A DNA stretch of 64,000 nt, from assembly GCA_030867685.1 (NCBI GenBank), contig JAQOWU010000008.1, positions 1,426,001 through 1,490,000 of the forward strand, read 5' to 3'. Position numbers and translations under genes: made by a program. The DNA comes from Wickerhamiella versatilis (taxonomy: Eukaryota). Numbering within the stretch: position 1 is the first letter of the stretch; every line of letters starts with the position of its first letter. The notes below the pieces were generated by a model. That model did no database searches. It worked only from the letters and a program-made list of their open reading frames with translations, and was not told where the DNA came from. Below, in pieces: positions 21,337 to 32,131 of this stretch.

Positions 21337-21549
21337 ATGGTTTGCTGCAAGGGAGGAAATTCTGAATGTACCCACGCTAATGGTTCGCTTTGTGCCTGCA
21401 AAGCCAAGCCTGCTGGACAGTGTGATTGTCAACGGGCCGAATCTGCGCAAGGCGCCGAGAGTGGTCTATGCCCCTGTGGTAAACACTCAAAGGACCAATG
21501 TGACTGCAGTGCTCACTCCAACCAGGAGACTGACTTCACAAATGCTTAG
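21337..21549 (+). CDS. CRD2: Cys-rich metallothionein, Crd2-like
   Basis: 70 aa with CC and repeated CxC motifs (CAC, CDC, CPC, CDC) and C-terminal ETDFT as in Candida albicans Crd2; TATATA box upstream (~21295-21303). Confidence 0.8.
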   Translation: MVCCKGGNSECTHANGSLCACKAKPAGQCDCQRAESAQGAESGLCPCGKHSKDQCDCSAHSNQETDFTNA

Positions 21550-21885
21550 TTGAAATGTCATCATAAACTGGGCAGTGACCATACCATCTGCAGTATAACG
21601 GTGGTGGTCATGATGCATTGCAAAAGGATATTATCGACAGTAAAATAATAGCATATCGTATACGCAACAACATGTCTTGTACACGTCAGACGTCAGGCAT
21701 ACGATAAAAAGAATAACCTGATAGCTATGTTAGGCTTGACTAAAAATTGAGAGACGAGATTCTATCGCGGCTTATCACGCGAAGAAATTTAATTCTTCGA
21801 CTTTGGTTCATTGAAATAAACGTAAATGATACTCACAGATAGGTCCTCGAGGTGATAATCTCGACAACAGTGATGTGACTAAGTA

Positions 21886-23364
21886 ATGCGTGGCATTCTT
21901 GTTCTCGTAAGTGTAGTTTCAGCGCTGCCGCGTGGGGTAGCACCATCGGATGCAGATAAGTACCAGCCTGATTCCGAGGGCAACTGGGCCTGTACTGGAG
22001 ATCCATCCATAGTTATACCTTGGGAACAAGTCAATGACGATTACTGCGACTGTCCTGATGGCAGTGACGAACCAGGGACCTCTGCATGCTCCAATGGTCG
22101 TTTTTGGTGCATGAATGTTGGACATATTGGCCAGTTCGCCCCATCCAGAATAATAGACGATGGTGTTTGTGACTATTCTGTTTGTTGTGATGGTAGCGAT
22201 GAGGCACCCGGGCTATGTCAAAATAAGTGCTCAGAAGTGCATGCTGCATATTTAGAAGAACTTGAAAGGAATATGAATCGTCGTAAAGAGGGGTGGGAGC
22301 TTCGTAAGACTCTTGTTGCTGAAGCTGAATCACGTAGGTTACAATTAGAGCAGACTGTGAATTCGATTGATACAAATCAGCTACAAGCACAAGTACGCTC
22401 GCTTGAAGAAGATCTGGAGAGGATACAAAAGGAGGACGCAGATTTTGGAAAGGGTGTTGATGTGACGTCACTTAAACAGTTGGATCAAGCAAAGCAAGCA
22501 GTTAAACAGTTTGATGAAACTGAAAAAGTTTTGATTGACCTCGTTCAATCATGGAAATCTGCTTATGGAGAGCTTGAATCTGCCCTATCTAAAATGGCCA
22601 CCGATTACAATCCTAATTTTAATGATCCTGCCGTTAAGGAGGCCTTGAAAGTTTGGCGAGAACGAGAAACCCCATCAGAACATTTGATTCAACGCCTTGA
22701 TGCAGAAGGTTTGATCAATTCATTGGATAGTGTCAAGGTTGCTTCGTCCTCAGAAGGGCAAAATAGTGTGCCATTGATATATCGTTTTGCCAATAAACTG
22801 GGTCTCAGCACCGTTCTCGAACCATTGCTAGAGCTGTTAAATGATTATGGAATTGATCTTATACCCAAATATGACCATAATGGAAATGAAAAATTTGAGA
22901 GTCCTAGGGTCCAAGCGGCACGCGTTTCGTTAGAAAATGGTAAGAAAGAACTTGGCGATCGCGAAAATGAGCTCAGACAAGCACAAAACAAACTGAAACA
23001 GGAGTGGGGTCCTGATGAGATTGGGCGATCACTCGAGGGACAATGTGTGTCTAACAACATCGGCGAATATAATTGGCAAATATGCTTTTACGGTGATGCT
23101 GTACAAAAGGGCAATGGCCAAAATCAAAAAATAGGTTCGCAAAGCTCTTTGCTTGTGGAAGATGATCATCTCGTAGCTGAATTCACGGGTGGTTCTCATT
23201 GTTGGAACGGACCAAATCGCTCTGGACGAGCAAATATCGTTTGTGGTCTTGAGAGCAGGCTTCTTAGTGTTGAAGAGCCTGAGAAATGCCGTTACAAGTT
23301 TGAGATAAGCAGTCCAGCTGCATGCGCTGAAGTGTTGGACGATATCATTCATGATGAGCTATAA
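21886..23364 (+). CDS. GTB1: Glucosidase II beta subunit
   Basis: Signal peptide, LDLa-like VNDDYCDCPDGSDEPGTSAC, coiled coil, MRH domain (CWNGPNRS, EPEKCRY) and C-terminal HDEL. Confidence 0.95.
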   Translation: MRGILVLVSVVSALPRGVAPSDADKYQPDSEGNWACTGDPSIVIPWEQVNDDYCDCPDGSDEPGTSACSNGRFWCMNVGHIGQFAPSRIIDDGVCDYSVCCDGSDEAPGLCQNKCSEVHAAYLEELERNMNRRKEGWELRKTLVAEAESRRLQLEQTVNSIDTNQLQAQVRSLEEDLERIQKEDADFGKGVDVTSLKQLDQAKQAVKQFDETEKVLIDLVQSWKSAYGELESALSKMATDYNPNFNDPAVKEALKVWRERETPSEHLIQRLDAEGLINSLDSVKVASSSEGQNSVPLIYRFANKLGLSTVLEPLLELLNDYGIDLIPKYDHNGNEKFESPRVQAARVSLENGKKELGDRENELRQAQNKLKQEWGPDEIGRSLEGQCVSNNIGEYNWQICFYGDAVQKGNGQNQKIGSQSSLLVEDDHLVAEFTGGSHCWNGPNRSGRANIVCGLESRLLSVEEPEKCRYKFEISSPAACAEVLDDIIHDEL

Positions 23365-23499
23365 AAATTAAGCACGTAGAGCATTTGGAGCCTTAAACTG
23401 CATATAAGTTTCAATACAGATTAGATCTTTTTTATTTTCTTTTTTTTGCAAAATCCGGGTAATTTCCTTTTAAGCCAGTCCGAATGCTGAATAACGACT

Positions 23500-24615
23500 A
23501 TGGATATTTTTCGAATCTGCGCTTTTGAAACTAAGTCCACTGGGGCCGAGGAGGCCCTAAGAGTAGTTCTTGCTGCCGGATTACCTGTGAATCTTACACT
23601 AGGAGAACTTGATGAGTCCCCGCCCTCAGATTCCATTTTGTCCTCGTTGGATCAAGGCAGTGGATTTCTCCATGTGATTTGCTCATGCGTGAAGCCATCA
23701 GATGTAGGTATGGCCATTTCTTTTGTAGATATTCTGTTTGATTTTGGTGCCAACTGGATGCTTTTAGATGGGAAGTCTCGCACTCCAGGCTGCATTTGTC
23801 TTGAACGTGAGCTCCCTCAAGAACTTTATAACAAGTTCGTTCGTGCCGGTGTGCGTTCTGAGATTTTTCTCAGTAGAATGCTGGAGGAGGATGACGATGA
23901 TAATGAGAAAAATAATGGTGGTAATCAGGTTGGTCATGGCCCTGAAGATAACCAATCAAGCTTCCTCAATGATCCTTTGAAATACTCTCAAAACCTGCTA
24001 ACAACAAGCGCAAGCGATGGGGTTATGATGGAATGGGAGAGACCTATCATGAGAAAAAGTGCGGAGAAAATTACAACGCCTGGTGGGACCGTTTTGAATA
24101 TCGGTTTTGGTCTTGGCATAATAGACACATATATTCAAGAGAGAGCACCTGGGAAGCATTTTATAGTTGAAGCTCATCCTGCTGTACTGCAAAAAATGCG
24201 AGAAACAGGATGGTATGATAATCCAACTGTCGTGGTATTAGAGGGAACTTGGCGCCAGGTGCTACCGAAAATTCTTGAACAGGGAATTACATTTGATGGT
24301 ATTTATTATGACACTTTTTCTGAACACTATAGTGATATGAAAGACTTATTTGACTACATATGTGGCCTACTCTCTTTTGAGGGGGTATTTTCCTACTTCA
24401 ATGGACTAGGTGCCGATCGACAAATATGCCATGATATTTACAAAGAAGTTGTACGATTTGACCTTCACGACTTTGGCCTGGAGGTTAAGTATGAAACTTT
24501 TCCATTGGACATTTCGCCTTCCGAGTTTGAAGGTTTGAAGCGGTCTTATTACAAAATTAAGGAATATTCTTTGCCTTTGGTGACTTTCATGACCGACGAA
24601 GTTGACAGCGAATGA
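23500..24615 (+). CDS. RMT2: Protein arginine N-methyltransferase 2
   Basis: GANW..D...TPGC, GVRSE, GVMMEWE, VLNIGFGLGIID, FDGIYYDTF, SYFNGLGAD. Confidence 0.93.
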   Translation: MDIFRICAFETKSTGAEEALRVVLAAGLPVNLTLGELDESPPSDSILSSLDQGSGFLHVICSCVKPSDVGMAISFVDILFDFGANWMLLDGKSRTPGCICLERELPQELYNKFVRAGVRSEIFLSRMLEEDDDDNEKNNGGNQVGHGPEDNQSSFLNDPLKYSQNLLTTSASDGVMMEWERPIMRKSAEKITTPGGTVLNIGFGLGIIDTYIQERAPGKHFIVEAHPAVLQKMRETGWYDNPTVVVLEGTWRQVLPKILEQGITFDGIYYDTFSEHYSDMKDLFDYICGLLSFEGVFSYFNGLGADRQICHDIYKEVVRFDLHDFGLEVKYETFPLDISPSEFEGLKRSYYKIKEYSLPLVTFMTDEVDSE

Positions 24616-24751
24616 CTGGTCTCGAAAATATCTGAAAATCTGTTATATACTTGTGTATCATATGGTACCGTTGGCACTGGATTTGAGGTTTAAACAATAA
24701 TACCTTGGTGAATTGCTATTCTAAGAATGTGGCCAAGTGGGCAAGCCTCTT

Positions 24752-24844
24752 TCGTATATAACGATAGTAATTAAGTAAATAAATTAACGATACTATTGCC
24801 CCAACCAACGAATATGTGAACATTAGGGCAAGGGTTATCGTATC
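24752..24844. promoter_or_regulatory. Cluster of sterol regulatory element-like (Upc2/Ecm22) motifs in the ERG11 promoter
   Basis: TCGTATA at 24752-24758 overlapping an inverted TCGTTATA, further inverted TCGTT cores near 24786 and 24807, and TCGTATC at 24838. Confidence 0.6.
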
Positions 24845-24903
24845 TGTACTCAGATTTCATAAATAGGAATTTGTCGCGAGGAATAGAGGCTGATTAAGCG
24901 TAA

Positions 24904-26505
<1,602 letters not shown>

Positions 26506-26807
26506 ATACAACTCTTCACCTTTTCAGCCCCTTTTTTTTGTTCCATTCTTATCTTAACTACATCGTGTAGGAGCTAGAATTAAGTTTGTAGGTCAAGTAT
26601 ATCAAATAGTAATTGTTGAGCGATATCTATGAGAGGAGAACTTTACTACAGCAGCAGTCCACGAGCTCGTATCGATAAGATTAAAGTTTCCCAAGGGCCG
26701 CACTGGTGTGAATTTAGGTCGAAAAAGCTATAGTAGCTTAGTCTTTCAAGGTTTTCACGAGTTTTTTCGTACATATTTTTCGTCGTTCGGAACTTGCACA
26801 TCGTTCA

Positions 26808-27119
26808 ATGACACATACTCGATCACAATCAGAGCCGATTACATCTATAGGACAGATCTATGATACCTTCGAGAGGGAACAAGAGGGTCTTGTCAACCGA
26901 TTTCAACGCGAAATACGGAAACTAAATGACCACAGAATGATCGAACCTCCAAGAGATCGGCATCCAGTTTTTATGCCCAGGCATACGACATCTATAGACA
27001 TCGTCTCGGCACATCTGAGATTACAGCATGAAAATGAAAGGCTCCAACTGGAAAATGCAAGTCTAATTAATCGCCTTCGACATCTAGAGAGTCTATTAAA
27101 ACAGGAAAAGCAGTTCTAG
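26808..27119 (+). CDS. Small coiled-coil protein of unknown function
   Basis: 103-aa ATG ORF filling an otherwise empty gap, with two coiled-coil-like segments (FEREQEGLVNRFQREI; LQHENERLQLENASL). Confidence 0.6.
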   Translation: MTHTRSQSEPITSIGQIYDTFEREQEGLVNRFQREIRKLNDHRMIEPPRDRHPVFMPRHTTSIDIVSAHLRLQHENERLQLENASLINRLRHLESLLKQEKQF

Positions 27120-27255
27120 GTATAAGTCGAAGTTCGAAGCAATTCTGTTGTGATCACTTTAAGCAATAGACTAATTAGGAAAGTCACTTCAAAATAGAAT
27201 AGTTGTATGTAGTAACAAACTAATCATAGTAGCTCCCATTGCTTTTTCTACTTTC

Positions 27256-28200
27256 ATGTTGTTAATGCATATTCTGATTGGCTTCGACCTGGCATTGTCC
27301 CTCCCTACCTGGCCATGGAGGTCCTCAAAGTCCACTCACCGATCTCCGACTCGGAAAAAACAGGACTTAAAAAAAAGCTATGACAGAAAGCCAACAGGCA
27401 TGTTTCAAGAGACTAGTACCAAAGACGTTCCGGAATGGCTGGTAAAGTTAAGCGGGCACAAGGAGTGGCCAGGACCAGAACCACCGTTCATCAGCACAGT
27501 TGATCTGAGCGAGATACCTGACATTCCAATGCGGAAAATGGAGAATAACTGTGATTTTTCAGTACTCACTGAGAGCTCCTGTGCCTGGGACTGTGATGGA
27601 TGCACTGATCCTAGCGACATAACCGATTGTGAACAATATCTGGCGCAAACTTTCGACGACGGTCCGAATTCCGAAACTTCTTATTTATTGGAAATCTCGA
27701 AGAACCACCCTCTCACTTTTTTCGTGCTTGGAGCAAATGTAGTACGATTTCCAGAGATTTTTCGACAACAGGTAGAAGACGGCCACTTGCTGGGCACACA
27801 CACATGGTCGCATGAATTCCTTCCTTCTTTGACCAACGAGCAGATAGCTGCACAAATGCAATGGTCCATCTGGGCCATGAATGCCACAGGTGGAATAATT
27901 CCCCGCTACATACGACCACCCTACGGAGCAGTCGACAATAGAGTCCGAGCAATCGCTCGCCAATTTGGCCTCAACGTCGTGCTCTGGTCACTCGATAGCC
28001 AAGACTGGAAAATTAATTGCAACGAGATTCAAAAGAGCGAAGTCTTAGACACATTGAAGCTGTGGCAAGCCGAAGAGCGTACAGGCATTCTTCTTCAACA
28101 CGATTTGACATTAGATGCTATAAATGTCGCAAAAAATGCCAGTCTTTTTGGAAAAAATGCCACAATCGCAGAATGCGCAAACTCTCCATGGTACCAGTAG
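27256..28200 (+). CDS. Chitin deacetylase (CE4 polysaccharide deacetylase)
   Basis: Signal-like N-terminus; CE4 motifs TFDDGP, HTWSH, RPPYG, DSQDW, LQHD. Confidence 0.92.
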   Translation: MLLMHILIGFDLALSLPTWPWRSSKSTHRSPTRKKQDLKKSYDRKPTGMFQETSTKDVPEWLVKLSGHKEWPGPEPPFISTVDLSEIPDIPMRKMENNCDFSVLTESSCAWDCDGCTDPSDITDCEQYLAQTFDDGPNSETSYLLEISKNHPLTFFVLGANVVRFPEIFRQQVEDGHLLGTHTWSHEFLPSLTNEQIAAQMQWSIWAMNATGGIIPRYIRPPYGAVDNRVRAIARQFGLNVVLWSLDSQDWKINCNEIQKSEVLDTLKLWQAEERTGILLQHDLTLDAINVAKNASLFGKNATIAECANSPWYQ

Positions 28201-28213
28201 GCCAATAATCCAC

Positions 28214-30334
28214 TTAGAGAAACCTAACCAGGACGATATAAGAGACGACAGCGAAAACGAGCATCGATGCCATAATTCCATAGAACCAAACAAGTGAGTC
28301 CTCAACCCCTTGACCTGGGACGAGTACATTCATACCCCAGAGACCGGTTATAATGTTCATTGGTAACACAATGGTACCGAGAACAGATATCTTCCCTAGA
28401 ACATCGTTCAGATCATTGTTCGCCTTTGTCATGTCAATGTTAAGTTGAGCGAGATAATTTGAATGAGATCTGGCAAGAAGCTTCTCATAATGATTCAAGC
28501 TCTGGACCATTGTCACCAGGTGATCTTGGATATCACTAAGATACATTGCAATCTCCATACGGGGAGCTCCACTCCACTGCTCTGTTACTCGTTTGGAAAA
28601 TCCCTTTATAACGTCTGCCTTGTTTCCCAGTAATCCTAATATTGACATGACAAGTTTACGAGATTCTCCGATCATAAGCAACATGTCACCCTTTTTCCTC
28701 CACTCACGATAACCCGTAGAAGATGAGCCTCCTGAACTAGTAAGCCTGCTTGATTTTTCGTCTTCTTCACTTTCTGACTCCGAACCAGAATGTGAGCCAT
28801 GCATATGTAAAATCATATCCTCAATTGACGATACATCTTCGTCAACAAGGGCAATTAAGGGCCCAAATCCATCTGTAATATCATCAATGAGCGCATAAGA
28901 GATCCAGTCACTGGTCAGGTTTAAATAATCTCTGAGAAGACGAATTCTACGACGGACATTCACGGTGTGCGGTGTGGTACGATAGTGAACAGTGATAATG
29001 CCAGTTGGAAAGACAATCTGGTATACTGCCAGTGGCCGCAATTTCTGTCTATCCCTCGTCGCTGATTGGCGTGTCGTTTTTGATGATACGCTATTCGCAG
29101 ACGATGAATGATTCATGGTAGAGCCAGGAACAGTATCCTCCTTGGCATCTCGCCTCTTATTTTTTCGCCGCCTTGTATTCTTTGACTTCTCAATGTCTAC
29201 TGAAGTGAAACAGACGAAATAATAATTTCGAAATATCTCTACTTTCTCTCGAGTTTCCTGGAGAACTATATCTTCTGCTGTTAACGGGTGAACGCCGAAA
29301 CATTTTGAAATAACTCGCATTTCCTCCTCTGTTGGATTGAGAATATCCAACCAGAATGGCTCTTGTTCCTCTTCTGCACCATAGGCACTCGAGCCGGATG
29401 CCGGACGACTTGGAATACCTGCGCTTGGAGCACCAGTGGCTGAGCTTGAAGGCAGCGCTTGTCCTCCAGCAAAGCTACCTCCTACATTCGGCACACCAGC
29501 TACAGTTCCGTGAGCTGCTGCTGCTGCATTTACCTGTGAATTTGGTCGGGAAGTTATTCTTTCCGCAATAGGCTGCCCAGGTTGGTACGGACCTTCCGTG
29601 CGATTGTCGCTAATGAGAGGTGTACCGGCCCGAGAAACTGGTTTCGGGGTTCCAAAGAGATCCCTGAAAGTCTGACCATCTCGAAGAAGGCCAGATATAG
29701 TTGGGGAGTGAATTGTTGCGGGCAAGTCGTCTCGAAAATAAGTGAATCTCATATCTTTCGCGGGCAATCCAGCAGATGCAGAACTAGCCCATGGGACAAA
29801 CCGAGTGGGTCGGAGTCTTGCATTGGAATCTGCCTCATTAACTGCCATAGATGAAAGTCCGTTATGGGCAAGATGCGCCGCTTCTAAAGAAGCTTGATTT
29901 TCTACTTCCTTTTCTTTGAACTCCTCCAACACGGACAGATCAGGCCATCGCTTTCCACCGCTATCCTTATTTTCAGTCTCTGAGTCCGAGTCCAGTGGCA
30001 TACACACATCATCAATAGAGCTATCATTCGATGAGCGCCTAGTGGTTGGATTCGATTTGAGACTGTCGCTATCGTGAACAGCATCATCAGAAAAAGGATC
30101 AACAGGAATACCTACCATGTCAGGCTCTGATTCCCGTCGCCGCAACCACCTTTCGACAAAGGCTGAGTTACGGTTCCCGCCTGACCGCCTCTGAGTCGCA
30201 CGATGATCGAGCATGTTTGTTTCCGAAGTACCCTCATCATCTGTGACGGCTGCAGGATTATCCAAAGGTCCCCCTTCCACAGGAAGAGTAGACGCTCCTG
30301 AGAAAGTAGGTCTTCTTCGTCGAACTCTCCCCAT
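28214..30334 (-). CDS. ALR1: CorA-family Mg2+ transporter (Alr1-like)
   Basis: FWLDILNPT, FGVHPLTAEDI, DWISYALIDDITDGF, HYEKLLARSHSNYLAQL and the GMN motif (LWGMNV) with two C-terminal TMs. Confidence 0.9.
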   Translation of the reverse strand: MGRVRRRRPTFSGASTLPVEGGPLDNPAAVTDDEGTSETNMLDHRATQRRSGGNRNSAFVERWLRRRESEPDMVGIPVDPFSDDAVHDSDSLKSNPTTRRSSNDSSIDDVCMPLDSDSETENKDSGGKRWPDLSVLEEFKEKEVENQASLEAAHLAHNGLSSMAVNEADSNARLRPTRFVPWASSASAGLPAKDMRFTYFRDDLPATIHSPTISGLLRDGQTFRDLFGTPKPVSRAGTPLISDNRTEGPYQPGQPIAERITSRPNSQVNAAAAAHGTVAGVPNVGGSFAGGQALPSSSATGAPSAGIPSRPASGSSAYGAEEEQEPFWLDILNPTEEEMRVISKCFGVHPLTAEDIVLQETREKVEIFRNYYFVCFTSVDIEKSKNTRRRKNKRRDAKEDTVPGSTMNHSSSANSVSSKTTRQSATRDRQKLRPLAVYQIVFPTGIITVHYRTTPHTVNVRRRIRLLRDYLNLTSDWISYALIDDITDGFGPLIALVDEDVSSIEDMILHMHGSHSGSESESEEDEKSSRLTSSGGSSSTGYREWRKKGDMLLMIGESRKLVMSILGLLGNKADVIKGFSKRVTEQWSGAPRMEIAMYLSDIQDHLVTMVQSLNHYEKLLARSHSNYLAQLNIDMTKANNDLNDVLGKISVLGTIVLPMNIITGLWGMNVLVPGQGVEDSLVWFYGIMASMLVFAVVSYIVLVRFL

Positions 30335-30590
30335 TATCCTTCTGCAGGTTAGTAATAACTGACGTAATTATCACATTAACAATTGCAAAGCTTAATTTTG
30401 CTCCAGGCGGAAGTGACACAAAACACACCTATCGTCATAACTGAGCACATTGAAAACTATAGTTATACAGAAAAACAAATAATCCCTCAATACGTGCATA
30501 CTCATAATAATTATTTACTTCGCTTTTTTTTTCGTTCCTTTGGTACTTTTGCTGCGAACCAGGCCCCTGCGGTAAATTTCTACATACAAA

Positions 30591-31847
30591 TCAAGATAAA
30601 AAGTGACGAGAACGTTCAGTACTCGGCGACCTCTCGATAAAAATCTGATTCAAAACTCTACTGCGCGATGATGAGCGAACGCTTGATGATGAAGAACGGC
30701 GGTGTCTCCTTGCTGTCTCCGGATCCAATGTAGAGCCCGAGACACGAGCAACAAAATTCAAAATGTCTGTCAAAGACACAACGCCCACTAGCCGACCACT
30801 GGTAATATCAGTCGGATTGATAGGCTGGTTTTCCTCGGTAATCCACAAGCGATGCGACCTGGTAGCAACCAGTTTGGCGACTACACGATATAGCCGAGTT
30901 CGTCTGTGCACATAGAATACAGGCACACTTTCATTACCTCCTTCCCGAATTCCTCGCGAATCAAGAACAACCGTAAGGAAATGCTTACACGATTCATGGA
31001 GGAGTCCTATCTGCCAGGCACGAGTCAATAGACTGACATCCACAACACTGATATTTCCCAGCAAGTTGAAGTCACGATCAACAACAGCAACACTGCTTAC
31101 GGCTTGGTCATGCATTAATTCCAGTGCTTCAATAACAGGAGCATCCCCTTGAACAGTCACCATATCACCATATGTTCCTATTTGCAGCTCCTCCAGCGAA
31201 CGATCGTATAGTTGCTCAACCGCTGGAAATCTTCGGATATGGCTATTAACATAGGTTACAAGGCGACGCTGGGAGAGCATGCCGATAACATGGCTAGGTG
31301 CATCAACACCAGGCACTACAGCTATCCGATGCACACCCGACCCAAATTTCTGAATAGCCGCAGAGAGGGGGGTATCCGCAGTCATACGTACGAATGGGTC
31401 ACGAGCACCGAATTGAGCGGCAACTTCAACTGGAGCTGGCTTCCCCATACGTGCACGCTTTATCGCTTGCTCAAATTCTGCCGCCACAGGCTCTATAACT
31501 GTGAGATGACCAAGCACTAAAAGCAAATATCCGTTGAGATCCGCGAAGTCAAAGGTATCATAGATTTGTCCATCACGCACTACCGGGATACAGGTCAGGT
31601 CCTTTTCATGCATTAGATTGAAAGCCTGCTCAACCGTCGTATGACAATCAATCGACACCAATTTCGAGGAGTCAACCAACTCCCCGACCGTGGATACTGG
31701 CGTTGCTGTTCGAGTACTCAATGGTGTCGAAGCAACACTAGCAGTAGACACTGCATCACTGTCACTCTCGGATGTTACATTACGTGTGTCTGAAGCCACA
31801 ATACGTGGCACCTCGCGAGCACCAGACAGTGACCTGTCTCGTGTCAT
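30591..31847 (-). CDS. SDS23: CBS-domain protein Sds23/Sds24
   Basis: TFDFADLNGYLL, FGSGVHRIAV, SQRRLV, GNISVVDV, AKLVATRSHRLWI, GVVSLTDIL. Confidence 0.9.
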   Translation of the reverse strand: MTRDRSLSGAREVPRIVASDTRNVTSESDSDAVSTASVASTPLSTRTATPVSTVGELVDSSKLVSIDCHTTVEQAFNLMHEKDLTCIPVVRDGQIYDTFDFADLNGYLLLVLGHLTVIEPVAAEFEQAIKRARMGKPAPVEVAAQFGARDPFVRMTADTPLSAAIQKFGSGVHRIAVVPGVDAPSHVIGMLSQRRLVTYVNSHIRRFPAVEQLYDRSLEELQIGTYGDMVTVQGDAPVIEALELMHDQAVSSVAVVDRDFNLLGNISVVDVSLLTRAWQIGLLHESCKHFLTVVLDSRGIREGGNESVPVFYVHRRTRLYRVVAKLVATRSHRLWITEENQPINPTDITSGRLVGVVSLTDILNFVARVSGSTLDPETARRHRRSSSSSVRSSSRSRVLNQIFIERSPSTERSRHFLS

Positions 31848-32131
31848 GTGTAAGTGTGCAGAGAGTTAGCTAATTCGTGTACGAGACGTTGGGCCAAACA
31901 ACGTCTTTGTCATATGATTTGTGGCGCAATGTTACGTAGCAACGGTATATTGATGCTACTAGAATCTTTTTATCCAGCCTATAAATATCAGCTTTCAGAC
32001 TGTATATAACTTGTTTTAACCGCAAGACTATTAGCTGTGCTTCCATTAACCTTGGTATACCCCCTACAAGTAATTAAATATGTTTGTCATCAAGCTTTAG
32101 CGTGAAGGTGTATCCGCAAAGCAATTCAAGC

